Positions 1-11,006 of a stretch of 43,175 nt of DNA are shown here, piece after piece (positions within the stretch are counted from its first letter, which is position 1; the number at the start of each line of letters is the position of its first letter). Source of the stretch: Octopus bimaculoides (lineage: Eukaryota); the NCBI RefSeq assembly GCF_001194135.2, contig NC_068997.1, forward strand, positions 15,160,654 to 15,203,828. The letters are read 5' to 3'. A model generated the notes under the pieces. It had not been told where the DNA came from. It did not search any database and worked only from the letters and a program-made list of their open reading frames with translations. A program made the position numbers and the translations under genes.

Positions 1-40
<40 letters not shown>
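1..40. repeat. (TA)n microsatellite
   Basis: Direct reading. Confidence 0.95.
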
Positions 41-43
<3 letters not shown>

Positions 44-287
44 TTATGCATGCATACTTATATGTTTAACTATATACATGAAGACATATACATGTTTGTC
101 AGTACATAAATATTCTTTGTTATAGTTTTGTCCAGAAATTTCCCACCATGGAGAAATATTCAGATTCCACTGGGAAACTTGTAATTCCATAACAAGAGGC
201 GGGGGTGGGGGGTTCTTTTTTTCTTTTTTCTTCTTTTCTTAATTTTTTGGATAAGGAAAATGTCTTCGTTATTATTTTTACTGCTGC

Positions 288-470
288 TTTTAACTTTTAC
301 ATATTTCAGTCATTAGATTGCAACGATGCTGAGGGTACTGGCTTGAAGAATCTCTCATTAAACAAATTGACCCCACCCACCACCTAGTACTTGTGCTTTC
401 ATTGGGGTTGTTTTTTTGTCTTTTAAGCCTGTTACTTATTCTATCAGTCTCCTCTGCCAAACTGCTAATT
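288..470 (-). mobile_element. Decayed 3' half of SINE family A
   Basis: Diverged match (tttcagtcatt...gacccc...taagcctgttacttattctatcagtctc...gccaaactgctaa) to the family A 3' half at 6390-6635 and 12578-12989. Confidence 0.6.
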
Positions 471-523
471 CCCAGAGCATGGAAACACACCAATACTGCA
501 GTTCTATATTTAAGAGATGAGGA

Positions 524-801
524 ATTTTGTACATTATTTACATGATTTACATTTGACAGATATTTGTCCTCATCTTGTTTGTTGTTAACAACGTTTTGGC
601 TGATATACCCTCTAGCCTTCATCAGGGGTCTTGGAGAAATTTCGAACTTGGGTTCACATTCCTAAGGTATTTTTCGATGCTATTATTATTATTATTATTA
701 TTATTGTTGTTGTTGTTGTTGTTGTTGTTCAGGTCTCTGCTTGGAATCAAACTTGGAATCTTGGAGTTAGTAGCCCATGCTCTTAACCACTATGCCTTAT
801 G
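524..801 (-). mobile_element. SINE family H, complete architecture: tRNA-like head, (TAA/CAA)n linker, hammerhead-bearing tail
   Basis: Head 728-801 matches 8488-8560 (A-box at 787-797, B-box at 743-753 on the minus strand). Linker 681-727. Tail 524-680 matches 3271-3422 and 11007-11170. Confidence 0.85.
585..630 (-). ncRNA. Decayed minimal type I hammerhead ribozyme motif (family H copy 1)
   Basis: Minus strand GACCC-CTGATGA-A-GGCTAG agggtata TCAGCC-AAAA-CGTT. G12 of the GAAA box is mutated to A and stem I is damaged. Confidence 0.6.
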
Positions 802-802
802 G

Positions 803-1029
803 CCATGTTTTAACACCTTTGTCAAGATCTACAGCTAATCGCAAAAGGTCCTCGACTCACTTATAGAAAACAACTTCCAGGCCTGATTGCAAAAGTAGCA
901 GGAATGCTGGATCCAGTGTATTGCTGTGCAAGGGGACTATTTCAAAGGAGATGATGTTAAAACTTAGGTAAATTAGTTATTTTTTTATTAAACATAACTA
1001 GTTCGGGAACCCTTTGATACCACCTCGTA
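803..1029 (+). mobile_element. Mariner transposon 3' remnant (transposase C-terminus with stops, right TIR, TA)
   Basis: 809-967 translates FNTFVKIYS*SQKVLDSLIENNFQA*LQK*QECWIQCIAVQGDYFKGDDVKT*, matching the mariner C-terminal W..C....G.YF motif. It ends ctttgataccacctcg|TA, a mariner-type TIR. Confidence 0.8.
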
Positions 1030-1359
1030 TTTTGCCCTATAAGGAACAGTGGGGTGGGTCACCACTGGAAAGCCTTTGGTCAGATGTAGATGGAAGGAGG
1101 GTAGGAATAAACACCACCACACCACCACCAACAACAGCAATAGCTACAACAGTAATAATGTTTTGCTTATTGGTAAATTAAACCAGAAGGGAATAAAATG
1201 AGAAAACCAGTCTTTGACAGTATCACCTGGAATATGACACCAAACATCATTAGAGAAGATGGAAACACAGAATTAAATGAATAAATAAGTACAAAAATGA
1301 GTAAATAACTAAATAAACATATTAACAAAGATTTACCGTTTTTTATTACAACTGCTGTT

Positions 1360-1575
1360 GCCATCACTCTCGTTAATTTTACTCCCCCCCACCCCACCGA
1401 TGCTGTCCACTACTGCTACCTCCACCGCCAGCACTATCGCCATCACCATCACCATAACCAATGCTCTTCTGACTACAACCACTACTACTACAACCACCAC
1501 CTCAACAACCTCTACGATTGCCACCAACATCATCGATAGCATTATTTCCACCACCGCCATCATCATCACCATCAC

Positions 1576-1612
<37 letters not shown>

Positions 1613-2665
1613 TATTACCACTATCACCATCACCACCGCCATTGCCACCACCACCACCACCACCACCATCACCATCACCATCATCATCATTGTCATTGTA
1701 TTATTTGTCATCGTTATCATCATCNNNNNNNNNNNNNNNNNNNNNNNNNNNNNNNNNNNNNNNNNNNNNNNNNNNNNNNNNNNNNNNNNNNNNNNNNNNN
1801 NNNNNNNNNNNNNNNNNNNNNNNNNNNNNNNNNNNNNNNNNNNNNNNNNNNNNNNNNNNNNNNNNNNNNNNNNNNNNNNNNNNNNNNNNNNNNNNNNTGG
1901 TCGGCTTAGAATCCATCTCAATGTGAAACATGTCTCCCGACAAAGCCAACGTTACTACCACCACCACCCCTCACCACTATCACTACCACCCCACCAAAAT
2001 CACTACCACCATCATTACCTTCCCCACCACCACCAATACCACCACAAACACCAACACCACCACCACTAGTATCACCATCTCTTCATCCACAAGGCAGTAA
2101 TCTTTTTCCATCATTTTGTTGCTGTTGTTGTTGTCGTCATCCTCGCCATTGCTATCATCATCATCATCCTTGCCGATTTTGCTGCTATTGTTGTTGTTGT
2201 TGTTGGTGGTGGTGTTGTGGTGGTGGTGGTGGCTGTGGTGGTCGCGATGCTGATGGTTATGTTTCTCTTTGTTTGTGTTTTTATTTTCTTAACCCTGGCA
2301 AAGACTTGTTGTGACTACTAAAGTTATTAATCTAATTAAAGCTAATTGACTGTGTAACATACCCCATGCCACACATGTGTTGTTACACCACCACCACCAC
2401 CACTACCACCACCACCAGCGCCGTGCTGCCGCCGTTGCCACCGCCATCATTGCTGTCATCATCATCATCATCATCATCGTCATCGTCGTCATAATCATCA
2501 CCTCCATTTCCATTTCCATTCTCGGGGTCTACCAACGATATTGCTAACACCATGCTTATGCCATCGTCATTAAACGCAACTGCCATGAACCAAATACCAA
2601 CGAAGCTAGAACCGAAACTGTACACACACAACCACCACCACCCCCACCGCCACCACCACCACCAC
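1360..2665. repeat. Compound trinucleotide low-complexity block (CAC/CAT/GTT/GGT) with a gap
   Basis: Direct reading. The poly-His/Thr/Ile ORFs here are artefacts. Confidence 0.9.
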
Positions 2666-3157
2666 NNNNNNNNNNNNNNNNNNNNNNNNNNNNNNNNNNN
2701 NNNNNNNNNNNNNNNNNNNNNNNNNNNNNNNNNNNNNNNNNNNNNNNNNNNNNNNNNNNNNNNNNNNNNNNNNNNNNNNNNNNNNNNNNNNNNNNNNNNN
2801 NNNNNNNNNNNNNNNNNNNNNNNNNNNNNNNNNNNNNNNNNNNNNNNNNNNNNNNNNNNNNNNNNNNNNNNNNNNNNNNNNNNNNNNNNNNNNNNNNNNN
2901 NNNNNNNNNNNNNNNNNNNNNNNNNNNNNNNNNNNNNNNNNNNNNNNNNNNNNNNNNNNNNNNNNNNNNNNNNNNNNNNNNNNNNNNNNNNNNNNNNNNN
3001 NNNNNNNNNNNNNNNNNNNNNNNNNNNNNNNNNNNNNNNNNNNNNNNNNNNNNNNNNNNNNNNNNNNNNNNNNNNNNNNNNNNNNNNNNNNNNNNNNNNN
3101 NNNNNNNNNNNNNNNNNNNNNNNNNNNNNNNNNNNNNNNNNNNNNNNNNNNNNNNNN

Positions 3158-3422
<265 letters not shown>

Positions 3423-3583
3423 TTTGTCATATTTTGTGTCATACTGAATGTCCCTGAAAACTACACTAAGAGAGAACTACATGTCTGTGGAGTGCTCAGC
3501 CACTTTCTTGTTGATTTCACAAGCAGGCTGATCTGCTGATCGGATCAACTGGAACCATCATCATTGTAAACGATGGAGTGCCA
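3423..3583 (+). mobile_element. SINE family B, 3' part
   Basis: Matches 4010-4165, 7350-7509 and the reverse complement of 30688-30823 (gtctgtggagtgctcagccact...gatcggatcaactggaacc...gagtgcca). Confidence 0.85.
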
Positions 3584-3622
3584 TAATGTATCTCCATAAA
3601 TATATATATATATAAGTATATA

Positions 3623-3851
3623 TTGGGTTGTCCGGAAAGTTCTTGCCGATTTTTAAAGGAAAGAAAAAGGGTCAATAAATACTTGCCATTACATTTGTAA
3701 TCAACCAAATATGAACCATTTTGTTGCACAATGCGTCTCCATCTTTCCTTTAACTGTAAAATATCCTCTTCTCACAACTGAGGTGGCTTCATGGCAAATA
3801 AATCGAAAGGTAAGCTACTATAAATCGGCATGAACTTTCCGGACAACCCAA
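3623..3851 (-). mobile_element. Mariner deletion derivative (229 bp) with 30-bp TIRs and TA TSD
   Basis: TIRs 3623-3652 and 3822-3851 differ by one base and are flanked by TA (3621-3622, 3852-3853). The interior translates (minus) DLFAMKPPQL*EEDILQLKERWRRIVQQNGSYLVD, a mariner C-terminus. Confidence 0.92.
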
Positions 3852-3904
3852 TACATACATTGATATATATTTGGCAGTGAATGGACATCAGCTTGATTTC
3901 CAGT

Positions 3905-4165
3905 AATGCATTATGCTCTTGAGAAAGACACTTTATTTCCCGCTGCTCCAGTTGCAATAAGCTGGCAAAAATGAGTTGTACCTGTAATTCTCCAGGGGCC
4001 AGCCTTGTCACATTCTGTGTCACGCTGAATATCCCCGAGAACTACATTAAGGATATAAGTGTCTGTGGAGCGCTCAGCCACTTGCAGGTTAATTTCACAA
4101 GCAGGCTGCTTGTTCCGTTGATCGGGTCAATTGGAACCCTTGTCATTGTAACTGACGAAGCATCC
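3905..4165 (+). mobile_element. SINE family B, core and 3' part
   Basis: Co-linear with 7250-7509. Confidence 0.85.
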
Positions 4166-4239
4166 GTTAATCACGCAAGTTACAATACCACTACAATAAA
4201 CTGGTAACTCTGTTAGCAAAATACTATAATCACTGCGCC

Positions 4240-4870
4240 TACACCTCCATCGCTACCGACAACAACAACACCACTACTAGCACCAGCACTACCACTGACA
4301 CAGCCACAATAACAGTGAATACTACCACCATCACTGCCACCACGATCACTACAACCACCACCACCACGATCACCACCACCACCACCACCACCACCACTAC
4401 CACCACCACCACCATCACCATCACCACAATTACTACCACCAACACCACCACTACCATCACCACCACCACCACCACCACCACCACCACCATCACCACCACA
4501 ACAACAACAAAAACCATGACCACTAGCATTACCACAACCACCAGTACCAACCCTACATAACCACTATCACCACCACCACCTCCACCACCATCACCGTATC
4601 ACCGTATCACCACTATCACTATAACTACAACCAACACCACATCATCATCGCTGTTTTCATCATCATACACTACCACCAACACCGACACCAACACTAACGC
4701 CAACGTCACCATATTACCACTCAACTATGACCAACACCACATCATCGTCATCACCATCATCATCATCATCATATACTACTAGTACCACTACCACCACCAT
4801 CACCACCAACACCAGCATCACCACCGCCGCTGCCACTACCATTATCAATAACAGTGCCAGCACCATCTGT
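4240..4870. repeat. (CAC/CAT/TAC)n low-complexity block
   Basis: Direct reading. Confidence 0.9.
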
Positions 4871-4964
4871 AAACTTACTCTGCAGACCTCACTTCCAAAT
4901 ATCACATTACACTGCAATTTCAAATGGCTACTAATTGCCATCTAAAACTAATTACCATCAAAGT

Positions 4965-5339
4965 GTGTGGCTGTATGTGTGTCACCGATTGTATATATAT
5001 GTGTGTGTGTCTGTATGTGTATGCCTACATCTCTCTGTGTCTCTCACTGTGCACTTGTACGTCTATGTGTATGTATATATATATACAGACACATATACGC
5101 TTACATTTATATACATACACACATACATATATATTTATATATATGTATGGATATATATTATGTGTGTATATATATATACATACATACACATGTGCATATA
5201 TATGAATATATATTATGTGTGTGTGTGTATGTGTGCATATATATATATATACATACATACGCACACAGGTGCATGTATGTATATTCATAATTACACAAAC
5301 TACATACACATATAATTGAACACAATGTTCACACGTGTG
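4965..5339. repeat. Compound (TA)/(TG)/(CA) microsatellite
   Basis: Direct reading. Confidence 0.9.
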
Positions 5340-6389
5340 NNNNNNNNNNNNNNNNNNNNNNNNNNNNNNNNNNNNNNNNNNNNNNNNNNNNNNNNNNNNN
5401 NNNNNNNNNNNNNNNNNNNNNNNNNNNNNNNNNNNNNNNNNNNNNNNNNNNNNNNNNNNNNNNNNNNNNNNNNNNNNNNNNNNNNNNNNNNNNNNNNNNN
5501 NNNNNNNNNNNNNNNNNNNNNNNNNNNNNNNNNNNNNNNNNNNNNNNNNNNNNNNNNNNNNNNNNNNNNNNNNNNNNNNNNNNNNNNNNNNNNNNNNNNN
5601 NNNNNNNNNNNNNNNNNNNNNNNNNNNNNNNNNNNNNNNNNNNNNNNNNNNNNNNNNNNNNNNNNNNNNNNNNNNNNNNNNNNNNNNNNNNNNNNNNNNN
5701 NNNNNNNNNNNNNNNNNNNNNNNNNNNNNNNNNNNNNNNNNNNNNNNNNNNNNNNNNNNNNNNNNNNNNNNNNNNNNNNNNNNNNNNNNNNNNNNNNNNN
5801 NNNNNNNNNNNNNNNNNNNNNNNNNNNNNNNNNNNNNNNNNNNNNNNNNNNNNNNNNNNNNNNNNNNNNNNNNNNNNNNNNNNNNNNNNNNNNNNNNNNN
5901 NNNNNNNNNNNNNNNNNNNNNNNNNNNNNNNNNNNNNNNNNNNNNNNNNNNNNNNNNNNNNNNNNNNNNNNNNNNNNNNNNNNNNNNNNNNNNNNNNNNN
6001 NNNNNNNNNNNNNNNNNNNNNNNNNNNNNNNNNNNNNNNNNNNNNNNNNNNNNNNNNNNNNNNNNNNNNNNNNNNNNNNNNNNNNNNNNNNNNNNNNNNN
6101 NNNNNNNNNNNNNNNNNNNNNNNNNNNNNNNNNNNNNNNNNNNNNNNNNNNNNNNNNNNNNNNNNNNNNNNNNNGCCGTGTTTCACTCATGTTTTCTAAT
6201 TCTGATTCTTGTTTTCAGTGTTGTCAATTAGTTTGAGGCTAATTGTTGTTGTGGTCACATCATCCCAACGTCATTTCTTTTCACATACATGAATACACAC
6301 ACACACACACAGACGTAACAACACATATGCGTACATAGAAATATATACATACACATATACATATATATACATATATATATTCTATTATT

Positions 6390-6635
6390 CTTTTATTCTT
6401 TTATTCATCTACTTATTTCAGTCGTTTGACTGTGGTCATGCCGGAGCACTGCCTTTAGTTGAACAAATCGACCCCAGAACTTATTCTTTGTAAGCCTAGT
6501 ACTTATTCTATCAGTCTCTTTTGCCGAACAGTTAAGTTACGGGGATGTAAACATACCAGCATCGGTTGTCAAGCTTGCTGGTGGGGGACACATACAGACA
6601 CACAAACATACACACACACATTCATAAATATATAT
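6390..6635 (-). mobile_element. SINE family A, 3' half, ending at the internal CA/TA microsatellite
   Basis: High identity to 12578-12825. Confidence 0.9.
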
Positions 6636-7181
6636 TTCACCGTTTCGTTTTCCTGTCTTGTTTTCCGTCCGCCACTACCCTCCACGAAAACAATTTAATT
6701 TGTGTTCGTGGGAAGAACCATTTTAACGATGCGTACTGCCTTAATTCTTCGAAACGCCGGAGTTTTAATGGTGGCAGCTGATGAAGGGGATGTTTCTATG
6801 TGGCCTGCTTGTTTATTGCACCTTGTTTACCTTTTTTGTCCTTGTTCTTTTGCCACGTCATGTACCCAGTTATGTATCTATATGTACATGTGGATGAACG
6901 TATATACATACATGTACATATATATGCATATACTCATATACATATACACACACACACACACACANNNNNNNNNNNNNNNNNNNNNNNNNNNNNNNNNNNN
7001 NNNNNNNNNNNNNNNNNNNNNNNNNNNNNNNNNNNNNNNNNNNNNNNNNNNNNNNNNNNNNNNNNNNNNNNNNNNNNNNNNNNNNNNNNNNNNNNNNNNN
7101 NNNNNNNNNNNNNNNNNNNNNNNNNNNNNNNNNNNNNNNNNTATATATATATATATATATATATATATGCAAATATGTGAT

Positions 7182-7509
7182 GGCATGTGGCTTAATGTTT
7201 TGGGTATTCAGCTCCTGGTCATAAGGTGATTAGTTCAGTTTCTGATGGCACATTGTGTCTTTGAGCAAGACATTGTGTTTCGCATTACTCCAGTTCCCTC
7301 AACTCGCAAAATTGAGGAGTACCTGTAATTCAAAAGGGCCAGTCTTTTCATATTTTCTTTTTCCTTGTGTCTTGCTGAATTGCCCTGAGAATTATGTTAT
7401 GGGTACGTGTATCTTTGGAGTACTCAGCCACTTGAACATTAATTTCACAAGTAGGTTGTTCCATTCTTCGAATCAGATAGAACCCTCATCATCTTAACTG
7501 TCAGTGCCA
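7182..7509 (+). mobile_element. SINE family B, full length, diverged
   Basis: Decayed tRNA-like head, then core tgtgtctttgagcaagacatt, then the family B tail shared with 3423-3583, 3905-4165 and 30688-30823. Confidence 0.8.
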
Positions 7510-7562
7510 TATTTGCCAAACATCATCATCATCATCATCATTATCTTTGGAAGCAGTGATGG

Positions 7563-7595
<33 letters not shown>

Positions 7596-8487
7596 CGGCG
7601 GTGGTGGTGGTGGTGAAGAGGAGGAGGGGAGCAGGAGGGGGAGGGAGTCAGAAGAAGACAAATATGCTGGTGATGTTGCTGTGTAGTCCCTGGGAGACTG
7701 TAATCAAGCAGCACTTTTTAACGAGGAGGTAGTCAGGCTAACAACGGAATATGGCCCACCTGTGTTGCATTCAAATCTAATGATGATGCTACTACCATCC
7801 ACAATGACAATAGCAATGATGATAGCGATGACAACAATGATGATGGTGATGGTGGCGGCGGTGGCAGCGGTGGCGGCGGTGGCAGCGGTGGTGGTCGTTG
7901 TCATCATCGACGTCATGATTGTGCCCCCAAGCTCTCAAAATTGCTGGTCTTGAGCCCTACAAGTGACTTCCATCCTATTTCAGTAGAAGAAATGTTGTAA
8001 TCTCTGTCACTCATGCACCATCGGAACTGGGTAATGGCTCTTATGAGCTGTAGGGCTCAAGAGATAAAAAAAAATAGGTACACATTGCTCCTTAGTCAAT
8101 CCTATACAAGACTGAATAGTGAATGAAGTTATAATGCTACGACATTTGTGCATAATAGGAAAAAAAGAGAGAAGAAAGAAGAAATCAAGAGTGAGAGAGA
8201 AAGAGCGAATAAGACCTATTATCTAGAGCAGTTTAGACAGGGCCAGATTAAGACCTATAGAGTACCTAAGTGCTTGAAAGGTTCTGTTGCCCCTATCGAT
8301 ATATGTAATTCAAAGTATACTACTGGGAAATACGAAAACTAAAAGAAGCAGCACATATGCTAGGACACAACAACCTCCTAAGTAGACCAAGTGCTGATAT
8401 GAGTAATATATGGGAACCGGTATTAAGGAAGGATAGGAAAATATTAGATTTATAAGCCCTAAAATTCACTCCATAATTTCCCACCAT

Positions 8488-8582
8488 CATATGGCCTAGT
8501 GGTCAAGAGTGCAGGTTACTAACCCTAAGATTCCAAGTTCAATTCCAGGCAGTGACCTGAATAATAATAATAATAATAATAA
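8488..8582 (+). mobile_element. SINE family H head plus (TAA)n, tail absent
   Basis: A-box TGGCCTAGTGG 8492-8502 and B-box-like AGTTCAATTCC 8536-8546, then gacctga(ata)n. Reverse complement of 728-801. Confidence 0.85.
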
Positions 8583-8799
8583 CACATGCACTCATACACA
8601 CATACGAGAATAAATACATACACACATACATATCATCTGTAAGCGGAACAGTAAAAATACGCAAAACTCTTCTAAAGTTCAACATGTAATATTTGTGCTG
8701 TTGTTATCAAAATTCCATCAACAGAACTGGTTTCTTTGTTAGCAACCAATTCCTTCCTTCCTTCAAGGAAGAATTCAAATAAATAAAACAGAATAGGAA

Positions 8800-9100
8800 T
8801 GAACATACATACATACAGCCATGCATACAGGCATATTTAAATACACACACACATACGCACGCGCATGCATAGATATGTACATACATACATGCAAATATAC
8901 ATACAAACACATGTACATACAAACACACACAAACATACATACATACATGCACAAACATACATGCATACAGACACATACATATAGATACACATGCACACAC
9001 ACATTCATACACACATTCATACACACATTCGTACATACATATGTGCATACATATATACATACATACGTATATACATATATATAGAGACATACATACATGC
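8800..9100. repeat. (CA)/(CATA)n compound microsatellite
   Basis: Direct reading. Confidence 0.9.
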
Positions 9101-9599
9101 TGGGGTGTGGAAACAAGAGTCGTATCCAAAATTAATGGCATCAGGGTAGCTGGGTGGCTCTGTTGATGAGGTGGAAAGTAAAGGGGGTACAGATGATGTG
9201 ATGAATTATTTCACAGTAAGTGGGGTAAAATGACAAATTAGGGGTGACAATGAGATCCATTACACTTACTTGCCTCCACCCGGCCACCCAGGCCACCCCA
9301 CCGCCCACCCTTCAAACCCACCAGCATTCCAAAGAAAAGTTTTACTAAAACCCCACCCACCTACTCACCGTTGCTTACTTACCCACCTACCTAGCCAATC
9401 TACCCTGCTACCCGGCAACCCAGCTACCCGGTTACGCAGTTACCCACCTAACTAACTACCAGCCTACATATCTTCCTTGATTTCAGATTGTTCGTGGTGG
9501 TGGTGGTGGTGGTGATGATAGTAGTAATATTACTATTCACATTATTATTATTATCATTATTATTATAATTATCATTATTACTATTATTATTATTATTAT

Positions 9600-9631
<32 letters not shown>

Positions 9632-10139
9632 TTGGGGGGTGATGTGCAGGGTAAGGTGATGGGGGTTACTGGTGGGTGTCTGCTGAGGGGGTCAGGGAAA
9701 CCAACCCCCNNNNNNNNNNNNNNNNNNNNNNNNNNNNNNNNNNNNNNNNNNNNNNNNNNNNNNNNNNNNNNNNNNNNNNNNNNNNNNNNNNNNNNNNNNN
9801 NNNNNNNNNNNNNNNNNNNNNNNNNNNNNNNNNNNNNNNNNNNNNNNNNNNNNNNNNNNNNNNNNNNNNNNNNNNNNNNNNNNNNNNNNNNNNNNNNNNN
9901 NNNNNNNNNNNNNNNNNNNNNNNNNNNNNNNNNNNNNNNNNNNNNNNNNNNNNNNNNNNNNNNNNNNNNNNNNNNNNNNNNNNNNNNNNNNNNNNNNNNN
10001 NNNNNNNNNNNNNNNNNNNNNNNNNNNNNNNNNNNNNNNNNNNNNNNNNNNNNNNNNNNNNNNNNNNNNNNNNNNNNNNNNNNNNNNNNNNGTGGTGATT
10101 ATTTTCATCTCTTAAAACTTAACTTCATCTGGGATTCAT

Positions 10140-10640
10140 CAACAGAGTGGGTGGGTGGGGGAGAAGGGTGGTATTTGAGGAGGAGGAAGAGGAGGGGTGG
10201 TAAAGATGGGTTGGCGATGGCGAAGACAGGGTGGGGAGGGGGTTTGGTGGCATTGCTGCTGGTGATGTTGGTGCTGATGTTTATGGTAGTGTCAGGAGGG
10301 GGGATGCAGTGGTTGTGATGTTGATAGTGGTGATGATGATGGTGGTGGAGGCGGCAGTGGTAGCGGTGATGATGATGATAATGATGATGGAGTGACGGTG
10401 GTAGTGGTCGTCGTCATCATCATCATCGATGTTGTCATCATTATCGTAGTGGCAGTGGTGGTGGTGGTGGTGGTGGTGGTGATGGTGGTGGTAGTCATGA
10501 CGATGGTTGTTGTCAAGGTGGTGATAATGATGGAGGTGGTAGTGGTGGGGCCGGGACGATGCTGGTTGTGATGTTGTTGTTAATGTCAGTGGTAACGGTT
10601 GTGGTCATGGTGATAATGACGGTGTTGTTGTTGTTCTTTT
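10140..10640. repeat. G-rich (GGT/GAT)n low-complexity block
   Basis: Direct reading. Confidence 0.85.
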
Positions 10641-11006
10641 AACTCCTGGTCAACCCCAGTCAAAAATATCCCAGCCATGACCATCCCACTTAGCTTCTTT
10701 TTTGTTTGTTTTGTTATCTAAAACTCCATTATCCAGTTGAATCCTTCGTCTTAATTTAAATGTAAAGTGTGCATTGTATGAGTGAGTGAGAAAGAGATCG
10801 ACAGAAAGAAAGAAAGAGAGAAAGCCATATCCTTGGCTTATACCATTAGCTATACCACTCGCCCTACACATTGTAGCTTCTTTGCTATTTTCAGGAATTA
10901 TTTCTTATAGAATTACAAAGAGAATTTAGAGAAATGGTACAGCATCTGAGTAAATGGCTTATCTTCTGTGTTCAGTTCAGGGTGATGCCAAATTTGCGTT
11001 ATTCAT

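Noticed and set aside
100-200. Possible small exon (cag|aaatttccc...aaactt|gtaatt)
   Set aside because: Weak splice context, unrecognisable peptide, no partner exons.
9141-9470. G-rich and C-rich arms sharing an 11-bp inverted match (gggtagctggg/cccagctaccc)
   Set aside because: The match is short and lies in low-complexity sequence; no defined ends.
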